A stretch of DNA of 38,005 nt. Origin: Thraustochytrium aureum (Eukaryota). Positions 33,315-38,005 of this stretch are shown in pieces. The translations under genes and the position numbers were made by a program. Under the pieces are notes generated by a model. That model was not told where the DNA came from, did not search any database, and saw only the letters and a program-made list of their open reading frames with translations. Each line of letters opens with the position of its first letter. Position 1 is the first letter of the stretch. The stretch spans positions 53,729-91,733 of the forward strand of contig BLSG01000122.1 in the NCBI GenBank assembly GCA_012862495.1. The letters are read 5' to 3'.

Positions 33315-34027
33315 ATGGGCGACGCGGACTCGAGCGCGCTGAGGCTGCTCGAAGCGCTCAAGCCGGGGAGCGTCGCGGCAGGCGGCCAAAAACAGGCGAG
33401 GATGCCGCGCTTGTAGGGCTCGGGGAAGCCGCGCGAGCTGCGCACGAGGCGAGGCTGAAAAGGCTGCAGAGCGACGAGGCCAAGGCAGAGAAGGAGGGCT
33501 GGGACTGGACGCGCAGGTATGCCGCGATCGACGACTGGGCGGCCGAGGAGGACTATCAGGAAAAGGTCCGCCAGGACAGAGAACGCGCTGAGCGGCGCAG
33601 AGCGCGCGAGCACATCGGCGGATGTAACCATGACCACTCGGCTGAGCGCGAGCTGGTGGAAATGACGACGCGAGCCAAGCTGGACGCCTGCATTTCGTTC
33701 CGCGAAGAGGGCAACGCCTGGTTCGAGGAAGGCCAGTTCGAGCGCGCCAGCGAAAAGTACAGGAAGGTCACCGTGTGGCTCGACTATACCTTTCCGGAGA
33801 CAGACGAGCTGCGCGAGGAGATGGACCAGGTCCACTTGCCGGCGCTTGTTAATCTTGCAGTCTGTCGTCTGCGGCTGAACGACCTTGGCGGCGTCCTGCA
33901 GTCTGCGCGCCACGCTTTGGAGCTCGACCCTGGCAACGTCAAGGCGCTCTACTGCACGGCAAAGGCGCATCGACTTCGCGCCGACCTCGAGCAGGCTGAG
34001 GAGACGGTACGACGCGCTCTTGCGCTC
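33315..34027 (+). CDS. FKBP-type 3-TPR protein with a GCNHDH motif; -1 frameshift at A5 33388-33392; 3' end in gap
   Basis: MGDADSSALRLLEAL...GQK|TGED (one A added), then FREEGNAWFEEGQFERASEKY, LVNLAVCRLRL and ALELDPGNVKALY, which are TPR helices. Confidence 0.85.
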
Positions 34028-34660
34028 NNNNNNNNNNNNNNNNNNNNNNNNNNNNNNNNNNNNNNNNNNNNNNNNNNNNNNNNNNNNNNNNNNNNNNNNN
34101 NNNNNNNNNNNNNNNNNNNNNNNNNNNNNNNNNNNNNNNNNNNNNNNNNNNNNNNNNNNNNNNNNNNNNNNNNNNNNNNNNNNNNNNNNNNNNNNNNNNN
34201 NNNNNNNNNNNNNNNNNNNNNNNNNNNNNNNNNNNNNNNNNNNNNNNNNNNNNNNNNNNNNNNNNNNNNNNNNNNNNNNNNNNNNNNNNNNNNNNNNNNN
34301 NNNNNNNNNNNNNNNNNNNNNNNNNNNNNNNNNNNNNNNNNNNNNNNNNNNNNNNNNNNNNNNNNNNNNNNNNNNNNNNNNNNNNNNNNNNNNNNNNNNN
34401 NNNNNNNNNNNNNNNNNNNNNNNNNNNNNNNNNNNNNNNNNNNNNNNNNNNNNNNNNNNNNNNNNNNNNNNNNNNNNNNNNNNNNNNNNNNNNNNNNNNN
34501 NNNNNNNNNNNNNNNCGGAGGGATGCCGAGGCAGCGGCCCTCCTCGGTGGCTGCGGCGCTCGCGGCGGCCTCCACGGCGGCGGAGGCGCTCCTCGGTGAC
34601 GGCGAGAGCGCGCACGTTGCAACACAAGGGCGCCTTCGCATCGGGGCAACGCGCGTCCAG

Positions 34661-37524
34661 CTACGCGTCAGAGAACACGCACGGGAAGGAGCCCTCGCAG
34701 AGGCTCACGACAATCGCCGTCACATTGTCCGAAGTCCCCATGTCAAGCGCAGCGCGCACGAGCCGCGCACTCGCTTGCTGCGGGGAGTTGGCCGATTTAC
34801 AGATCTCCACAGCCTCCTCGTTGTCCAGCGCGTCCCAGAGCCCGTCGCAAGCCAATATTAAGAACGAGCGCTTGTCCTCCGACTCGTGCAGCGGCTCGAG
34901 CTCTGCGTGCACCCACTCGGGCTCCGCAATGACGAGGTTCCCCCCAAACTCGTACTTCTCCTGCCCGCGCGCGACGTGATCAGGCGGGAAAAACCACGCA
35001 TAGTTGTCCTGCGCCGGCTGCTTGTAGTCGATGTCACCCAGCGCGCGCGAGACGGCAAGCTCCCCGTTGACGCGGCTCGTCTCCACAAAAGCGGTACGCC
35101 GCCTCGCGCGGCGCTGGATCTCTGGATCCCGCAAGTCGATGCGGTGCAGCGTCGAGAGCAGCATCTCGCGCTCGATGGTCACCCACCCACCGACCGCCTC
35201 GATCCGCTCGCGCTCGCCCGCTGCCGCCGGCGAATGCTCCCGCGACATGACCCTCGTCGTGCCGCCATGGTACAAGACGGCTCTTGAATCGCCAAGGTTT
35301 GCGACGGCTATCCCGTCAGAGGTCCAGGTCTCGCTGTCGGCATAGTGCACGACTGCGACGAGGGCGCACGAGCCATCGGGCATGGGGCGCGGCTGCGCTA
35401 TGGCCGCCATGCTGCAAAACTCGCGCTCCACGTGCGCCAAAGCCTCGGTGACCGCGGTCTCGGCGCCCATTGGCCACGATTCAAACATCGCTTCCGAGTT
35501 TTGGCAGTAATGGGGAAGCAACTCGCTTGCCATCTGGGCGACCCGAATGCCGCAGTGGCCGTCGAAAACGCCGAATAGGCCCAGCTTGCAGCTCCCCATG
35601 AGGTCCGGGATCGCCACGTCAAAGTCCTCCATCGAGTTGCGGCAGCCTTGCTCCGCGGTAACGCCAAACAAGGGGGTTGCTAGGCTCCTCGAGCTCCTCT
35701 GCAGTCGAGCTCCCAGACCGCGAGACCGCGCTGCGGCCTGACCGGGACCGCTGCAAGCCAGGACCTCCTCCGTTCAAGCCGTTCCTGGGCTCGCCACCAC
35801 CTGCGTCCATGTCGAACAAACCCTCGTCGCCCTCACCGGAGCTTCTCGGTTGGGCTCTCTGCGGGAATCTCGGCGCCTCGAAAGAGCGGGACGGGGCCAC
35901 CTCCTCGTCAGAGCTGAAATGGTCATCAGGGTCAGGTGGCGGCGCTTCCCCCATCGGGCCGCCGTTGCGGAGGTGCGGAGGAACGTATTTTGCCCTCGGC
36001 GCAGGAGCTCCCTCGCTCTGGGCCGGGGCGACCGGCCCGGCGGATACGCGGCCCGCGCTGCCGAAAATGTCGCCCGCGGCGACCCGGGCGACNNNNNNNN
36101 NNNNNNNNNNNNNNNNNNNNNNNNNNNNNNNNNNNNNNNNNNNNNNNNNNNNNNNNNNNNNNNNNNNNNNNNNNNNNNNNNNNNNNNNNNNNNNNNNNNN
36201 NNNNNNNNNNNNNNNNNNNNNNNNNNNNNNNNNNNNNNNNNNNNNNNNNNNNNNNNNNNNNNNNNNNNNNNNNNNNNNNNNNNNNNNNNNNNNNNNNNNN
36301 NNNNNNNNNNNNNNNNNNNNNNNNNNNNNNNNNNNNNNNNNNNNNNNNNNNNNNNNNNNNNNNNNNNNNNNNNNNNNNNNNNNNNNNNNNNNNNNNNNNN
36401 NNNNNNNNNNNNNNNNNNNNNNNNNNNNNNNNNNNNNNNNNNNNNNNNNNNNNNNNNNNNNNNNNNNNNNNNNNNNNNNNNNNNNNNNNNNNNNNNNNNN
36501 NNNNNNNNNNNNNNNNNNNNNNNNNNNNNNNNNNNNNNNNNNNNGGCGGGTCCACCGAGCTGTCGAGCGCAAGCAAAGATCCAAGCCCGGTCTGGGCCAC
36601 TGGGGCTGGAGAACGCGGTGGGCTGCTCGCCGCGGGAGCAAAGTCACGCGTGAGGATGCGGCTGAGGTCTGTCGCGCGGGCGGCCGGTCTCAGGCCGACG
36701 TTAAGGCCGCTTGCCAGACCAAGGCCCGTCGCGCTAGCGTGTGGGGAAGAGGAGGTCCCAATCTCAGTGCCCCGGCGCCGCGCGACGCCTGGAGCTCGCT
36801 CCCGACCCGCCGACCTGGGCTCGGGGCCAACGACGGCTCGAATCCCACTACGTGGACTATCCTCGGCGCTTCCCGGGCCCCGGGCTGCGGCAACCCCGTC
36901 AACCGTGGGCACGGAAAACGCTGAAAAGGTGAACGCGCTGGGATCGCTCGTGTGCGTCGAGCCCAGCCTGGCGCCGCTCATGGGGTCCTCTTCTGAGCGA
37001 GACCAAAGACGGCCGTTCTCAAACTCTTGATCACCGCCGTCGCCGCTCCTAGAACGGCCGGAAAGTGCCTGGCGACCCAGCAGGGGCGGAGCTGTGGCTT
37101 GGATCTCCTCGTCCTCGCCTGTTCCAAGAAGGTAGACCACAACGGCGCGATGAATGCAGAATAGCCACTCCTTCATGTCCTCTTGCGTCAACGCGTGCAG
37201 GTAAAAGCAGATACCGTCGTCGCTGCTCAGGACCAATATGTTTTGGCTTTGCAGCGCGCGTGCTGTCTTGACGCTCATGACCTCCTGAAGGTCTACCATC
37301 TTTGTCAGCGGTTCGTCAGGGTCGCTCGTGTCTCGCGTGTAGACGACACCGCCCCGGAACACCACAAACCTCCTCGCCCATTCAAAGTCGTTTGGGTTGG
37401 CGTTCCGCTCCACCGCCTTGACCTCCAGAAACCCCTCTCGGGTCACCTCCGACTCGCGAAAGGCCGGCACCACACTCTCAAACGTGCGGCGAGGCTGAAA
37501 GCTGTTGGCCACTTGGCGCTTCAT
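34661..37524 (-). CDS. PH domain + disordered linker + PP2C (PPM) protein phosphatase; gap 36093-36544; +1 frameshift at 35672-35676
   Basis: PH: REGFLEV...WARRFVVFRGGVVY...FYLHALTQEDMKEWLFCIHRA. PP2C: RNSMED, VFDGHCG, ANLGDSRAV, ERERIEAVGG, RVNGELAVSRALGD, LACDGLWD, GTSDNVT. Frames are open on both sides of the gap. Each domain is secure; the fusion is inferred. Confidence 0.8.
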
Positions 37525-38005
37525 GCTGCCTTCCGTGGCGCCCCGTTCGGCCACCAGCCCGCCTCGTCCACCGGCGTCGCGCGCTCTGCGCCTCGTCCAC
37601 ACCAGCGTTTCCGACCGACTCTTCCTCCTCCTTCCCACAGGAGGCGGGAGCGCGATCGGCGATCCCGACCCGCTCCACCAAGCGCGACACTGCCCGTCCA
37701 GCGCGATGCCAGACACCAGCGCCGCACCAAACAGGTCTCAACGAGCTCGTCTTCGGGCCAATCCGGCTCTGCGCGACGCCGCTTCCCGTTGCCCGCTGCG
37801 CCACTGCAGCTCGTGGAACACGAACTGCCGCCGCGCACTCGCTCACGGGCCAGTGTCTCTCCGTCCTCGAAGTACCCTCTATGCTGCCGCCCGGCAAAAC
37901 TCAAACCTGCGCACAACGCGCTCGAGCACGGCGTGCCGCGCGGGAGGCCTCTTCGCAGGGCGCCGGGTCAACTGGCCTGGCAGGCTCCCGCCGCACGCGC
38001 GCGCC

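Noticed and set aside
1..38005. tRNA, rRNA, snRNA genes, telomeric arrays or transposase genes
   Set aside because: No recognisable signatures by eye; a covariance-model scan was not possible and ~3.1 kb is unsequenced

Overview
GC-rich, gene-dense, intron-poor eukaryotic DNA from a draft scaffold with 10 N-gaps (~3.1 kb in total). The gene set and style (class C GPCRs, a flagellar C1a protein, FY..(H/Y)DP..KY helical repeats, microsatellite-rich spacers) suggest a flagellated protist, possibly a thraustochytrid/labyrinthulomycete stramenopile; that taxonomy is inference only. About 15 protein genes can be reconstructed: a soluble HMG-CoA reductase with a mitochondrial-type presequence; two class C GPCRs (one with a LivJ-like Venus-flytrap domain); two low-complexity hypothetical proteins; an 8-repeat helical protein; an LctP-family lactate permease; CFAP119; a chromodomain-multipass membrane protein; a spliced SPATS1-like/RhoGAP fusion; PRP4 kinase; LSM4; a BLOC1S4-like protein; a TPR protein; and a PH-PP2C phosphatase. 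Nine genes are broken by apparent single-base indels that can be placed in homopolymer runs, most likely sequencing errors, so the supplied ORF track splits them. The most novel-looking items are (1) a chromodomain + RS-like linker + ~7-TM protein built like a lamin B receptor analogue, (2) a PH-PP2C carrying TOS-like and Ded1-like YVPPHLR motifs, and (3) a membrane-anchorless, probably mitochondrial HMGR. No RNA genes, CRISPR arrays or mobile elements were recognised. All family calls come from motif recognition by eye, with no database searches.
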